This document shows, in pieces, positions 24,527 through 36,800 of a DNA stretch of 64,000 nucleotides (position 1 is its first letter; each line of letters opens with the position of its first letter). Source of the stretch: Squalus acanthias (taxonomy: Eukaryota); NCBI GenBank assembly GCA_030390025.1, contig CM059429.1, positions 139,934,001 to 139,998,000 on the forward strand, in the 5' to 3' direction. The position numbers and the translations under genes are program-made. The notes beneath the pieces were generated by a model. That model searched no databases, was not told the origin of the DNA, and saw only the letters and a program-made list of their open reading frames with translations.

Positions 24527-25376
24527 GGCGATTTTGTCAATGGGTGCGCGTTGGAGGCGGGACTGCTGCTTGTCTGGTCGTTGTCCCACCTCCATCGATT
24601 TGTGGCCAACCCACGCTATTTTCGCTTGATTGACCTAGTTAAGCACGCCCAGCGGGCTTAGCAGGCCAATTAAGGGAAAGCCGGTTGCAGAGCACGTCAA
24701 CGTATGACGTTTCATCTGTCAAAAATTTTTGACAGATGATTTGTCATCATTTGACAGCTCTGTAAAGCTGTCAAACAGTGACATTCTCTGCAGTTTGATG
24801 AGGTCTTGCATACAAGACCCCATCAAATTTCTTTCTTTAACAGAATTGAGATGTTTGTTGCATCTGAGAATGAAACGGCCATCTCTCATCTGCAACACGG
24901 AGGTCCAAGACTCTTCGCATACACACCGATTGAAGCCTGCAGGAAGAAACAAAGGTAAGTACACTTTTAAAAACAGTTTGCACTTACCTCAGATACTCAC
25001 CTCTACACTCTTGCACTCATCACTTACCTCCACAGCACACTTTTGCACCCCCCCCCCCCCCCGACCCCCACAGACCCAGTACTCGCTGAGCTGAGCTGGC
25101 GGGTTTTGGAGCCTTCGGGAAGCCCGCACTTGTGAGGGTAAAAAGGGGATAATCCTATTTTCCGCCTGTTAACTACATGTTAACAGGCAGTTAATAGGCT
25201 TTAATCCCTTCCCGCCTCCAAGGAGATGGGACCCGGCGCGGGACAACTACCCGCCTCCTGGGAAGATGGCATGGAGGCGGGTTGGGGGTGGGTTGTGCAC
25301 CCGCCCCCAAATTCTGCCATTTTCCCAGCAGTCCCGCCTCCATACCCACCTCCCCAGGGCTGGCAAAATCGCCCCC
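24527..25376 (-). mobile_element. Non-autonomous Harbinger-type element (MITE), copy B, inverted relative to copy A
   Basis: Reverse complement of 25376-25247 matches 22381-22510 at about 118/130 positions (manual count). The other end (24527-24780) matches 22970-23226. Confidence 0.85.
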
Positions 25377-27451
25377 AAACAGTTGAAAATGTTCACCTTT
25401 TGTTACACTTATTGCATTCTCAGAATTATAGTACAGTACATATTTTTCAAGAAATACCCTTGGTTTCCCCCGCGACCCCCACCCCCTCCGACCCCCCACC
25501 ACCCTTTCTACATGGAAGACTTCATGTGAATTTAGCAGCCTAGCCAAGAATTAACAAAACTTGGATTCATGAGATTTGAAGCTGCCAACATCTGGTTAGG
25601 AATACAGGGATTGAAAAGGAAACTATTCAAATCATAGTTCCTAGGAATTAAATTGTTGAAATAATTTACTTAACCTTTTCCCCCAATATTTACATTTTTG
25701 GAGATGATTTATTAATAGAAATGTTGATCCGAGTTTTATGGCTTTATTTTTTGGCTTAAGCCTTTTGGAGGCCGTGTTTTAAAAGTCCACAGACTGCGAT
25801 CCTGGTTGTTAGGCTGGGATGGCACCCGCCTGCGCTCTCCAGCACTGATCGCACCACAGTTTGCAGGGTCTGCAGGAGGACCCCTCATTTGCATGGGATC
25901 AGTGGGTGCCCACGTCACAATGTGTGAAGCTTTGGTGCCCGTGTGCCCCATGCAGCTGGAAAATACCCCGCCTGTCTGCCACTGGGTGACAGCCAAAGCC
26001 TTCCTCCTCCCTGATACTCCAGCCATCTCCCCTTCACCCCCCTGTGTAAGGTTTTTGGCAAAAAAAGAAATTTGTGCCTTTCTTCAGGAGTCCAGGCTGT
26101 TTCCCTTGCCTGAACTGACACCACCGCACCCCCCCCCCCCCCCAACCCCCCACCCCGACCCCTGCCAATTCAGGGCCAGTGTGTATTCCTTCTGGGTTAG
26201 GTGTTAGGATCTCCCAAGTAATGCTCTTTTCACAAAGTATTACTTCTCTACAGTATTTTCCTCAACAAAACTTAAAGGATTAATCCTAGTCCAAACAAGG
26301 CACGCTCCTGAGTCAGGAAGTGTGCGTTGTTGCACATGCATCTGGATTCTGCAATAAATCTGTCATCCATTTTAACCCTATTCACCAATTCCATTGATTA
26401 AACTGCGTTGTTTTAGTTTTTATTCTGAAACTTTCTTTTTCATGAATTGAACTCCTTCTCTCAATATGCACTTATTTCATTCTCCTCTATAGAACTCCAT
26501 CCCCACCAACATGATGCACCATTCCAAGACCGAAAGATTTGGCAGGTGACCTGCTCCCAGACCACTGTTTATGGAGCTCTTCAGCTGCTAGGGAAAGTAT
26601 CAGGGAACTTTGAGTTGACTTGGCCCCTGATGTTACTGCCCTGTCCAGATGGCTCAGCCGAAATGAGGAATAAATAAGGAATCACTGACAAGACAGATCT
26701 ACCATTCTGTGTAATAACCTATTAGTGCTCCAACATGTTGCACCACCCCCACCAGGCATCATACAGGCCCTCGCCAAAAAAACCTCCATGAACCTGATGG
26801 AACAACTTTCATCTTGCAAGTAAATAATTTGAACATGGAATTACTCTGAAAATGTTTTCAAATGAGTCAGTGAAATATAACTGGAAAAGGATTGTGAAAT
26901 AAACCACACAGATGTTCCTGACCATTTCAAGGAATCATTTTCAGAATCTTACCCTGCACTGATTTCATTCAGAACTAAATATAAGCGTATAACATTGAAA
27001 AGTTTAAAGGGGAAGGAAATCCCTGGGGCAGTCAAAGTTAATAAAAATAGGCCTTTAATTCCCCTCCCTAAACTGTTTCTGCCATATAATTTCACTTTCA
27101 CTTATTCCCTTGTTGAAATTTTTTTTGACTGAGGGCAAAGGCGAAAATGCAAACTGGCATTAAATTTCATTGCAATGAATTCTGAGCACACAACTCTCCT
27201 ACATTATGCATACATGTCACCACTTATTCTGTGCTCGACAGGCCATATGTAAAATGACTGGAACTCAAAAACCCTTTGAAAGTGAATTTGAATCTGTACA
27301 AGAATGGACAGCTTGCAAATCAGGTTCAAACAGAATTAACCCTTCTTGGACTCACCGACTTTCAATTACATAGAAATAAGTTTCCCTTTGTATACTTCGC
27401 TAAGGTGCAGAAACATAATGTTGGCTATTACCAAATACAAGGAAACACCAT

Positions 27452-29165
27452 GGGGCTGGATTTTTCCAACCTCGGTGGGTCCGGGGCGGGCGACGTCGGT
27501 GGCGTGTGGGGACCCCGCATCTGTGTCGATCCCGGCCTCCAACAAGATATTCCGCTGATGGGGCTTGTTAAGCCCACCCTGCGAGGTTCCCGGCCAATTA
27601 ATAGGAAGCGAGTCTGATGACGTCATTTGATGACGCCGTCATCAGCCGGTTTCCTTAAAGGGACCATGTTCACAATCATTTTGACAGTTGTGTTGTCAGT
27701 GTTCTGCAGCATTGGGGTGCTGCAAACACTGACAAGCACTGCACAAAGGTGAACAGCTGCTTCCGGGCTCTCCCATTGCTCCCTCCATATGCTTTTGGAT
27801 GGAGTCACAGCATGCAGGGAGGTTCTCCCAAGACACCTCCCCAGGAGACCAATGCAGCCTGGTTGCATGTTGCACAGGAGGGCACAAGCAGGGATGTCAT
27901 CAGGAGTCCCTGGCTGCAGTGGAGCAAACCTTTCAATGATCTCAGTAGATCACGAAATATTACTGCAAAGCCACACTCAGCCTCATCCTGCTGTGCCACT
28001 CATCACATCCCCATCACTCTGCCTTCCCTAACCTACTCCTGCACATCTTGACTCACACCAACTTACCTTACACTGCCACCCATCCCTCTCTATCTACATT
28101 ATCACTTCCCCATCTCACTAGCCACCCCTCACACTCACCCTCATCCTAGTGCAATCATTCAAACTAACAACACACAAGGGTAGGCACTTTGCGCTCTTGG
28201 ACAGATTTGTGTGCGCCTTTGGGAAGTGTCTTAGTGAGTTCCAGTGAATGGTGAGACATAATTTCACCCCCCCCCCCCCCCCCCACAATGGTGATGAGTG
28301 TGAAAGGAATGGCTTGGACATTGTAGGGATGCTTTATGGTGCTGGTGTGGGGTGGTGCCAACCTGGTGCATCATGTTGCAGCCAGGGTGTACAGCATCAA
28401 GTGAAGTAAATCTGGCCATGGTGAGGCCATCGCTGGCGTCCCGGGCAGCAATGTGCACGCGTGATGATGCCCTGTGTTCAGTGCAGCATCAGTTGATTGC
28501 AGAGAAGGTTGGTGTGGATATTAGTGCTGCTGGAGTGCCTGGTGATACTGGTGTTGGGGCTGATCGTTTTGGGATTCTGAGGACCAAGGTGAGATTTTTT
28601 TCAAGGGCACTGATGCGGATGGAATAGATGGCAGGTGAGATTGAGATAACAAAAGTAATCTGTCAATGTTGAGATAGGTTGTTCCAAGGAGGTGACAGTG
28701 GATAGAGAGATTACTCCAAACACTTCAAAAGTGCATAAAGCTCAAAAGTGGGTTCCAAATCATTGATGCTCCAGCTTCTAAGATTGGGAAGTGAACAGCT
28801 GTGAAATGGTAGGTTTTAGACCACTTTTACAGCTTTCACCTATTCACAGCAATTCATAGTCATTGAGAGCCCGACATACTTACCTGACGTGATAGCCACT
28901 CTCCAGGAACCTCGTTGAAAACCTGGGAAAATGGTAAGTACATGGGAAAATGGTTCTTAACTACTTTTTAAGAAGGTTTTAACTATCTAAATTGGCTGAC
29001 CCGCCGCTTGGTGTCGGGTCTGTTCAGGGATGACAGACCCGACATTTGGGAAACTGACAAGGAGGCGGGTTTACAGCGGGATACTGACCCGCTGTCAATC
29101 TTTATGATTTTGACAGCGGACCCGCCTCCAAACCCGCACTCTAAGCGCCGGCAAAATTCAGCCCC
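27452..29165 (+). mobile_element. Internally deleted PIF/Harbinger-superfamily DNA transposon (Myb/SANT remnant and transposase C-terminus)
   Basis: TIRs ggggctggatttttcc / ggcaaaattcagcccc, flanked by AT on both sides. Plus strand 27780-27950 gives LHMLLDGVTACREVL/PPQETNAAWLHVAQEGTSRDVIRSPWLQWSKPFNDLSRS (Myb_DNA-bind_5-like). Minus strand ~28400-28460 gives HIAARDASDGLTMARFT, resembling a HARBI1-like C-terminus. Confidence 0.8.
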
Positions 29166-30177
29166 ATATAAATTCAATTTTCCTATTATATGCTCTAGAA
29201 TAAATGAAAACAATTGCTCTTCACTTTTCCTATTGTTTTATCTCTGATTTGCACCCTATTTCTTTTCTCTCTCAGGATTTGCTTGTTACATATAGTTTCC
29301 TTTATCCAGGATACACTGTTTTTATGTTGTTGAATATATTGTAATTTATAAAGGCCAAATGGGTTAATAAATGGGATAAATTAAATCATGCCGAAACACT
29401 AGACCCATTTGCACTTGCCCAACAGTTCAGAATATACCTGGTGTCAGCTCGGGATAAATCAATACAGAACATTCAGAAGCAAGACAAGTTTACTCGTTGA
29501 ATCGGACTTATTGGTTATTCGTAGGAATAATTAGCAAAGCTGACAGCCTGCTATTTTGATTCAGCATCGTGAAGTTTCAAATGGAGCTGTACTATTGGGC
29601 TGGAACTGGTCAAGAATTGATTAAAAACAACTACTACCGTTATGGGGTTCGGAGCTTTGAATAACAGCTAACGACCAAAAGCATGTAATTTAGATTTTTA
29701 CTGGATGCTACACCTCGGGTTGTATATAATAGCCAAACTCTATAACCTAGCTATAGACTAGAGGATGAGCTAACATCCATAAATGTCTCATACACTACGG
29801 TTTAAGGATATGATGAGTGAAACTAGATGTTTCCCTACTGCCAGAGGGGTAACCATGAGTTAGTGGGGACATTGAGCAATTCTAAGATTTGAGTGGGGGG
29901 AGAGGAGGACAGAACATATACCAAAAAGGTTTGGTGGGGGAACACCTCCCCCTTTTTCCCTCTCAGCGGTCTGTGCAGGCCTAAAGAAAAGAAGGGGAAA
30001 TGGAGGAGTCAACTCCCAGACTGCTCTTATGCATCTACTGCACTGGCAATTGGCAACCTGTTTGTGCTCCTGGTCAGGGAATGGTAATGACTTGATGGGG
30101 CTTAAAGGGCAAGGGGGAATATATAGCCTATGAATTAATTAATTATAATTAGAAAACATGGTTAATTTTATTCACAG

Positions 30178-30279
30178 GCGAATGTTCCCAGCAATGAGAG
30201 TGAAGGTCACAGGGCTGGATCCTCATCAGCAATACTACATAGCAATGGATATCATCCCTGTCGATAACAAGAGATACCG
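30178..30279 (+). CDS. tbx15: TBX15 coding exon 3 (T-box)
   Basis: ttttattcacag|GCGAATG...TACCG|gtatgt. 102 bp, phase 2-2. [34 protein letters not shown]. Confidence 0.98.
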
Positions 30280-31823
30280 GTATGTTCCACAGTACTTGGG
30301 CCATTTCGGTTTAATTGTATGGATATCTTTAATTTCAGTACAAAAATTTGGGTTTCAATCTCGTTATTCCATGATCATTTGATAATGTAGATACCGAAGG
30401 ATATACTTTCGAAGGAGAACTACAAGAACATTGTCTATGTTAAATTAGTTCCCACATATCTTAATGAAGCATTTCTGTTTTATAGGGTTGTCTTTCATTG
30501 TTTGCTCCTCTAAGATGTTTCCAAACGATTGTCAAACTAAAACATGTCTAATATGTGAATAGTCATTGAATAATTTACTGTAATAGTCAAAATGAAACTT
30601 ATATCTGATGTAATTTGTTAATTGATTTGGCACATGTTTTGTTGAACTACTTTTAGCTTGGTTTGCTATGATGTACTTGAAGTTTCCTATACCAAAGGGT
30701 GACATAATCTACAAGGGATCTCTGGGTTTCAGCCTGGCAGTTCCTATTTACATTGTCTGGCTGAAACTTCAATTTTGTTCTGCACATGAGGGCCTGCATA
30801 TATGGGCAGAGCTCCTCATCCAGCAATTAAAATTGAAATGTTTCTGACGTGTGGGCAGCAGCATCAGAATTCTGTAACCAATGAAGCTAACTCAAGGAGC
30901 CTTGAACACATTTTACACAAGGTTCAACATCATATGGAACTAACACTTCAGCCTCAATTTTACAAGCATCCACTGGCAGCACAGAGCCTTGTTTGTGGCA
31001 TGTGCAGGTTGTAACAGTGGACATTCCATCGTGCAGCTGATTCATAGTGTCCTCACAAGTTTTGGGGCAGAACGGGGGCTACACTACAAGCAAGCACAGG
31101 CTCCATTTAAATATTAAAAGTAGTCAAATTAAGACCCACTCAGAATTTCACAACAGTGGACAAGGCTCTGCCCTCAGCATGCATCTTGCCCGTATAAAAT
31201 GGGCACCTGTCTGCCTTTGAGCTAATTCCAAAAGCAAGGCTTCTGGTGTTTCAGTTAGTTTTGGAGTGTCAGTTTCTTTGGTAGTGAACATTTATTTACT
31301 TTTACATTTGAAGATCTTGCAGACTATATCCCCCTTGTGCATTGGTGCCTTTTTGCTAAAGTTGTCAGTTTGCTAAGTAAAATTTTCCTAAGGTATTGAC
31401 AATTGCAGTACAAATTGCAGTTAACCAATCTGAAAGGATTGAAATACCTTTGGCTATTCCCATACTGCTGAATGATTGGATAAAGACAATGAATTCATGA
31501 GGAAAATATCTTCAGGGTCAGCACCTCAGGCTGCTGTTAATACCTAATGGCCTATCTTTACAGACCACGTCACTACTATCTGGGTATATCAGAGGAGACC
31601 TGTTTTCACCACCTCCATATCTCTGAGAGACAGAGCCATGACACTTTTATTATGCAATATTCCACAATGCCTATCTTATTTGAATGAATAGTTGACTTTT
31701 GGAGAACCAGGGCTACCCTTTGCATCCATGACTCATGACCCAAATTAGAAACCCCCACCCTGTAGAAGAGCACACATAAAGTGAGATCCATACAGGTTAC
31801 TGTCAAGCATATGATAGCGATTT

Positions 31824-32242
31824 CAAGCAACAATCATCAAATTTAAAATTCTCATCTGCGTCTTCAAGTCTCTCCATAGCCTTGCCCCTCCCAATCCTTG
31901 TAACCACCTCCAGCCATATAACCCACTGAGAACTCTGCGTTCCTCGAACTCTGGCCTCTTATGCATGCTCCACTCTTTTCGCCCCACCATTGGTGGCCGT
32001 GCCTTCAGCTGTCTAGGCCTTAACCTCTAGAATTCCCTTCACAAACCTCTCCACCTCTCTCTCCACCTCTCTCTCCACCTTTAACACCCCCCTTGAAAGC
32101 TACCTCTTTGACCAAGCTTTTAGTCACCCCAACTAATTTCTCTTTCTTTGGCTCAGTGTCAAATTTTGTTTGATTACGCTCCTGTGAAACACCTTGGGAC
32201 ATTTTCCTCCATTAAAGGCACTATATAAATGCAAATTATTGT
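31824..32242 (+). mobile_element. L2 3' fragment
   Basis: tttaaaattctcatc...ccttgcccctccc...ccaccattggtggccgtgccttcagctgtctaggcc...aaaggcactatataaatgcaa. Homologous to the reverse complement of 1636-2060. Confidence 0.85.
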
Positions 32243-32289
32243 CACTGTGAGGACTATGAAGGTGAGTCAGTGTGAAAAAATAATAAATG

Positions 32290-33010
32290 GAGGATATTTG
32301 CTGGGTAGTGGCACCACACCTCCAAACTCGCCCTTGCCGATCCTCTCCACAGATTCATGGCTGTAAAGGGCCATCACCATCTCCTTATAATGGGTGAGCT
32401 GTTTCAGCATGGTTTGTTCATTGCCTGTCTTGTTTCTCTCTTGGTGGTTGTGTGCCACCTTGACCTGTAAGCAAAACACATTTAGGAAGATATTAGTAAC
32501 TGCCTGATCACCCCAAACAGCACTCCTGTGCCCAATCCATCTGCTTACCTGTGCTTGGCCTTTGCAGGTTAGCCTTGATGGTGTTTCTGCTGGCAGTACT
32601 CTATGCAGGTTGAACTGTGAACTACTATGTGCAACAAATTACTGTGTCTTACTGCACTTACGCCTTATGCTGTATGAAGAAGCATTGCAAAAAGAGTTAA
32701 TATTCTCTGCATGCTTTCTCCATAAGGATGCAGGAGATGAACATTCACATTGGATCCACTTTTCTATAGATGAAGCATAAGCGTATATATAAAGGTGACT
32801 ACACCTACCTTGGCACACTTTCCCCCTGGCATGCCCAACTCGAAAATTGCATTCCCTCACTCAGCAGTCTCCACCCATGCATCTTGCACCTCAAATTTAA
32901 TAGCTGGGAGGCCTTTGGTACCAAAGAATGTCACTTCCTTCACTGTTCCTCCTATAGCAAGATCTTCAATGAGGGAGTCTTAAACATAGCCCTCATTGCA
33001 CACATCTCTC
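32290..33010 (-). pseudogene. Decayed intron-containing Myb/SANT-like gene of a Harbinger element
   Basis: Exon-like 33000->32809 reads RAMFKTPSLKILL*EEQ*RK/FFGTKGLPAIKFEVQDAWVETAE*GNAI, then aag|gtaggt. Next exon-like segment starts gttttgcttacag|VKVAHNHQERNKTGNEQTMLKQLTHYKEMVMAL, the typical post-Myb ER..TG motif. Confidence 0.65.
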
Positions 33011-33560
33011 CAACTCTATACTTTTACACCTCCTTTCAGTGTAAGGAAATTAAATAAAGCAAACTCCCCTTTAATGGTAAGCAGCAACTCTTTTAGAGCT
33101 GGAGGCTTGCTCTATTTTGAAACTCCCAGCCTAAAAAAATGCAGGCCTGCCTTTCTGCACATTGAAATGAATGAAAAGTAGGTGTAGCATGATTCTTTTA
33201 AAATTAAGTATGTCAATTAAAATGTCTTAATGATTGTGCCTCTTTGAAGGGGAGTGCATGAGAGCAGGAGGACCTGAGATAAAAAAGGACAAGTGTAAGT
33301 TTTTATGACTAGCATAATTATATGTAAATAACAAATTTGAACATCTTAGTTTGAATCTTCAACAAACATTAATTTGTTCACATGCAAATCTAGCTTTCAG
33401 CTTGTGCTCACTATCAAGTCACCAATGGTCATAAGCGAGACCTTATTACAGTTTATAGTCTCAATTACTGATCCAGTGATACAAAGGCAAATGGAAGCGA
33501 GTTGTTCTAGGTTCCACTGAGGTTTCCTGATTTTATTATTTGTTTCCTTTCTGTCTACAG

Positions 33561-33732
33561 ATACGTTTATCACAGTTCAAAGTGGATGGTGGCTGGGAAT
33601 GCAGATTCACCAGTGCCTCCTCGGGTGTACATCCATCCAGATTCTCTAGCTTCTGGGGACACATGGATGCGACAAGTCATCAGCTTTGATAAACTCAAAC
33701 TTACAAACAATGAGTTGGATGATCAAGGACAT
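33561..33732 (+). CDS. tbx15: TBX15 coding exon 4 (T-box)
   Basis: ttcctttctgtctacag|ATACGTT...GGACAT|gtatgt. 172 bp. [57 protein letters not shown]. Not listed in the ORF track. Confidence 0.98.
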
Positions 33733-33790
33733 GTATGTAGATAATAATGTATATTTTAATGACTATTCCTGATGCAGAAGTAGCTCATTT

Positions 33791-33855
33791 CAAAATTACT
33801 CAGACTAATGAGCAAAATTACTCAGACTGATTAGCAAAATTACTCAGACTGATGG
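33791..33855. repeat. 22-bp tandem repeat, 3 copies
   Basis: caaaattactcagactaatgag / caaaattactcagactgattag / caaaattactcagactgatgg. Confidence 0.9.
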
Positions 33856-36800
33856 CCACTGGCAATAGGTAGTTACATGAGCAGGTGCACAGCATACTAA
33901 TAAACACAGCACCAAACTCATTGGTGGATTATTTTTGTAATCATTCACCACTGAATTGAAAGGTTAGTTATATGTTGACATTTTTGGCATTTCAATTCCA
34001 TAGTTCTCATCATCAAGTAATTCTGGAGAGAATATCATTTTACTGATTTATTTTCTGGACGTATTCTTTTCTCGCCTGATTCCAGATTAAAGCTTTCAAA
34101 TACGGATTGTGAAAAATCTTACCTTAACTAAGAAACTAATAAATCAGGTCAAACCTGAATCAGTACAAATCTGATGCACAATATATTAAAAATCCTGCTC
34201 ATTTGCATATTTTAACCAAGATCTATTTGTTCCTAACTTAATAAATATATACACAGTCAATCTTACTATATGGAAGTCTACTTATAAGCAACCGTTGGTC
34301 ATTTCTGACTATTGCATATAACCAAATGCCATCAAATTACACAAATGTTATGTTTGATATTTGTGATACAAATTGTAGGAATAGTTTTCATGACGCATGC
34401 AACAGGTCTATAAATCAGCAGTGATAAACTGTATAGGATATATTCACTTTAAAACAGACCCACTGTTACTCTTTTCAACATAAAAACTATTTTTAAAATT
34501 AAAAACGACGGCCAGTGAATAATTGTAAACTTAAACTGCTTTGCACTCTGTGATGGCCCCAAGCCCTCTAAGGTCAAAAATAGCACAGACCAGATGTGAT
34601 CCAAATCTTCCACTCCCAAAATGTGCCTCAGCTGCAGCTTCTAAAGAACACTCTGTACCACATCAGTGGTGTTTTCCATTCTCCGTACTTTCTATTCTTG
34701 TGTCCTCCAAAGGTATCATTTTCCAATTGATGCCAGTTGCTGCCAACTCTGTGGGCATTTTTATGCTGTGGATTTATGTCCATTGGGAACTGGATTGACA
34801 GTCAAATCTCATTCTCCATATCAGCTATTATAAAAAAGAAACTCCTACACCCTGTGCGTCAGGTGGATTCCAATCCAGCTTCCAGAAGTCAAAGGACAAT
34901 GTCCAACCTTCTGCACTGCCCAATCCTCACATGATCCTTTCATTTAGCATTTTCCTTCAAGCTACAAATTAACATGTGATAACATGTGTGGTGATATATT
35001 GATCTAAGCCTCTGTTGAACTATGTTAGGGAAAGGTATTGTATAAAATATGAATTAAATTGTGGCCCTTCCTGTTCAATGTTTAAAGAGCCAGTTATAAT
35101 CCAAAATATAATTGGTCGCCATATCTTATCTGTATAGCATAAAGCGCAGTGGGCAGACTCAAGTTACACTGCTGGCTAAGCCTTGTTGAGGCTTGCACTG
35201 AGCTCCTTAACAGTGTTTGAGCACCTGCATAGATTCCACTCCTGGGTCTTGTTTAGCATAATGTTATGATAGCACGTTCAGGATGTCTCTCATTACATTA
35301 AAAAGAATCAACATAAATTTATAAAGTTCCTAAGACAGCCATGGCAATTTTAAAATGTGGCTTTGCACCAGGATAGAATTATAGTACACCCAAGAGTGCC
35401 TGAAACTGTAAAATTCATTTTGTTTCAGCTACAGTTATACTAACAGCAATGTGAAGTTGAAGTGGTGTGGCGTGGTGGTCTTGCTATTGTTGCTAAAATC
35501 CAATTTACACCACAGTTGTGCTACATATTTCACATTAACTCAAAACCAAAACCAGTTTGCACCAACACAAAATGTAAAGCAGATATAATAAGCAAATTAT
35601 TTGAAGCATATATATAAATAAGCAGAAAATACAAATTGTGTCTTCATTTTCTTAAGTGCTTACTAGTTCTAAATGTCTGGACACAAGCCCTTACCAAACT
35701 CATTTCACAGAAGTTTGATTAAACTCTTCAGAGAAATTATTCTGTTTTTCCTTCAGAGAAAAGGAAACTTTCATTCTCTCTGTTTGGGCTGGACTCCATC
35801 CCAGGTTCTGGAGACAAGTAGGCTGTATTAAAAAAAATGGTACCATCACACTCTTCATCATGGAAACAGAATATTTCTTCATCTGCCAGGGTTAGATCTG
35901 AAATCAAGCCCAGAGGACAGTGTTCCAATAAACTGTACTGCCGAGTCCCTTACACAGAGAGAGGGAGGAGAGCGCCCTACTTTGGGGCTATACTAAACTT
36001 AGGACAATATTCCAATAAACTAAACACTAGATTCCTCAAGAAAAGAGAACAAACCTAATTTCTCTGTGTCTGGGATGGATTACAAGCCAGATCACAGTAA
36101 TGTTTTAATGCAGTTTGTCACCAAGTCATAAGAATAAATAGTTTCAGAGTCAGTTTATAAATGTGATGAAATTCTACTATAAACTTCATGGTAGTTAAGA
36201 ATGTCATGACAATAATTTTAGCCAGACATCATGTCATTATTTAGACACTACAAATTATTTTAATAATCGACTGCATATGCTTAATTTACTTTGTTTATGT
36301 ACAACAAGCTACAGCTGGCCATAATTTTCTCATAATTATGTTGTCCAATTAAAATATAACATTCTTCCTGATTCAAAGTCCACTTTCAACAGATGATTGA
36401 GAGTTATTTATTTGTATTTAATAATAGTTGTTATGATCTCCACTCCTAATACATTGGCCTGAAAACAGTGCAGTGCCAACAACTGGTGCAGCCTGGTGTG
36501 TTGCTGAATTGATGGGCCTCACGGTTGAGTCCCAGTACAAGCTTCTCTTGTATGTGCTGGCGTTAAGCTGCATCTTCAGGTGGTGGAGAAACTGGCAGGG
36601 CCGGTCCTGATCAACCATCTCTTGATTGTTGGTAGAGTGGCACTGACAGCCAGGGTGAAAGAGATGACAGGTTTTCACCCCTCAGCTGTTAAAATAAAAG
36701 AACAATAACCATAAGAGGCAACAAGAAGGACCAAAAAAATTTTTTGATTGTCATCTAATAGTTGGACCGTGCTACAAAATTGTTTTGGTAATGTGCCATC

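Noticed and set aside
25047-28284. Poly-C runs (25047, 26129, 28266) as functional G4/i-motif elements
   Set aside because: Simple homopolymers, mostly inside repeats, with no further support.
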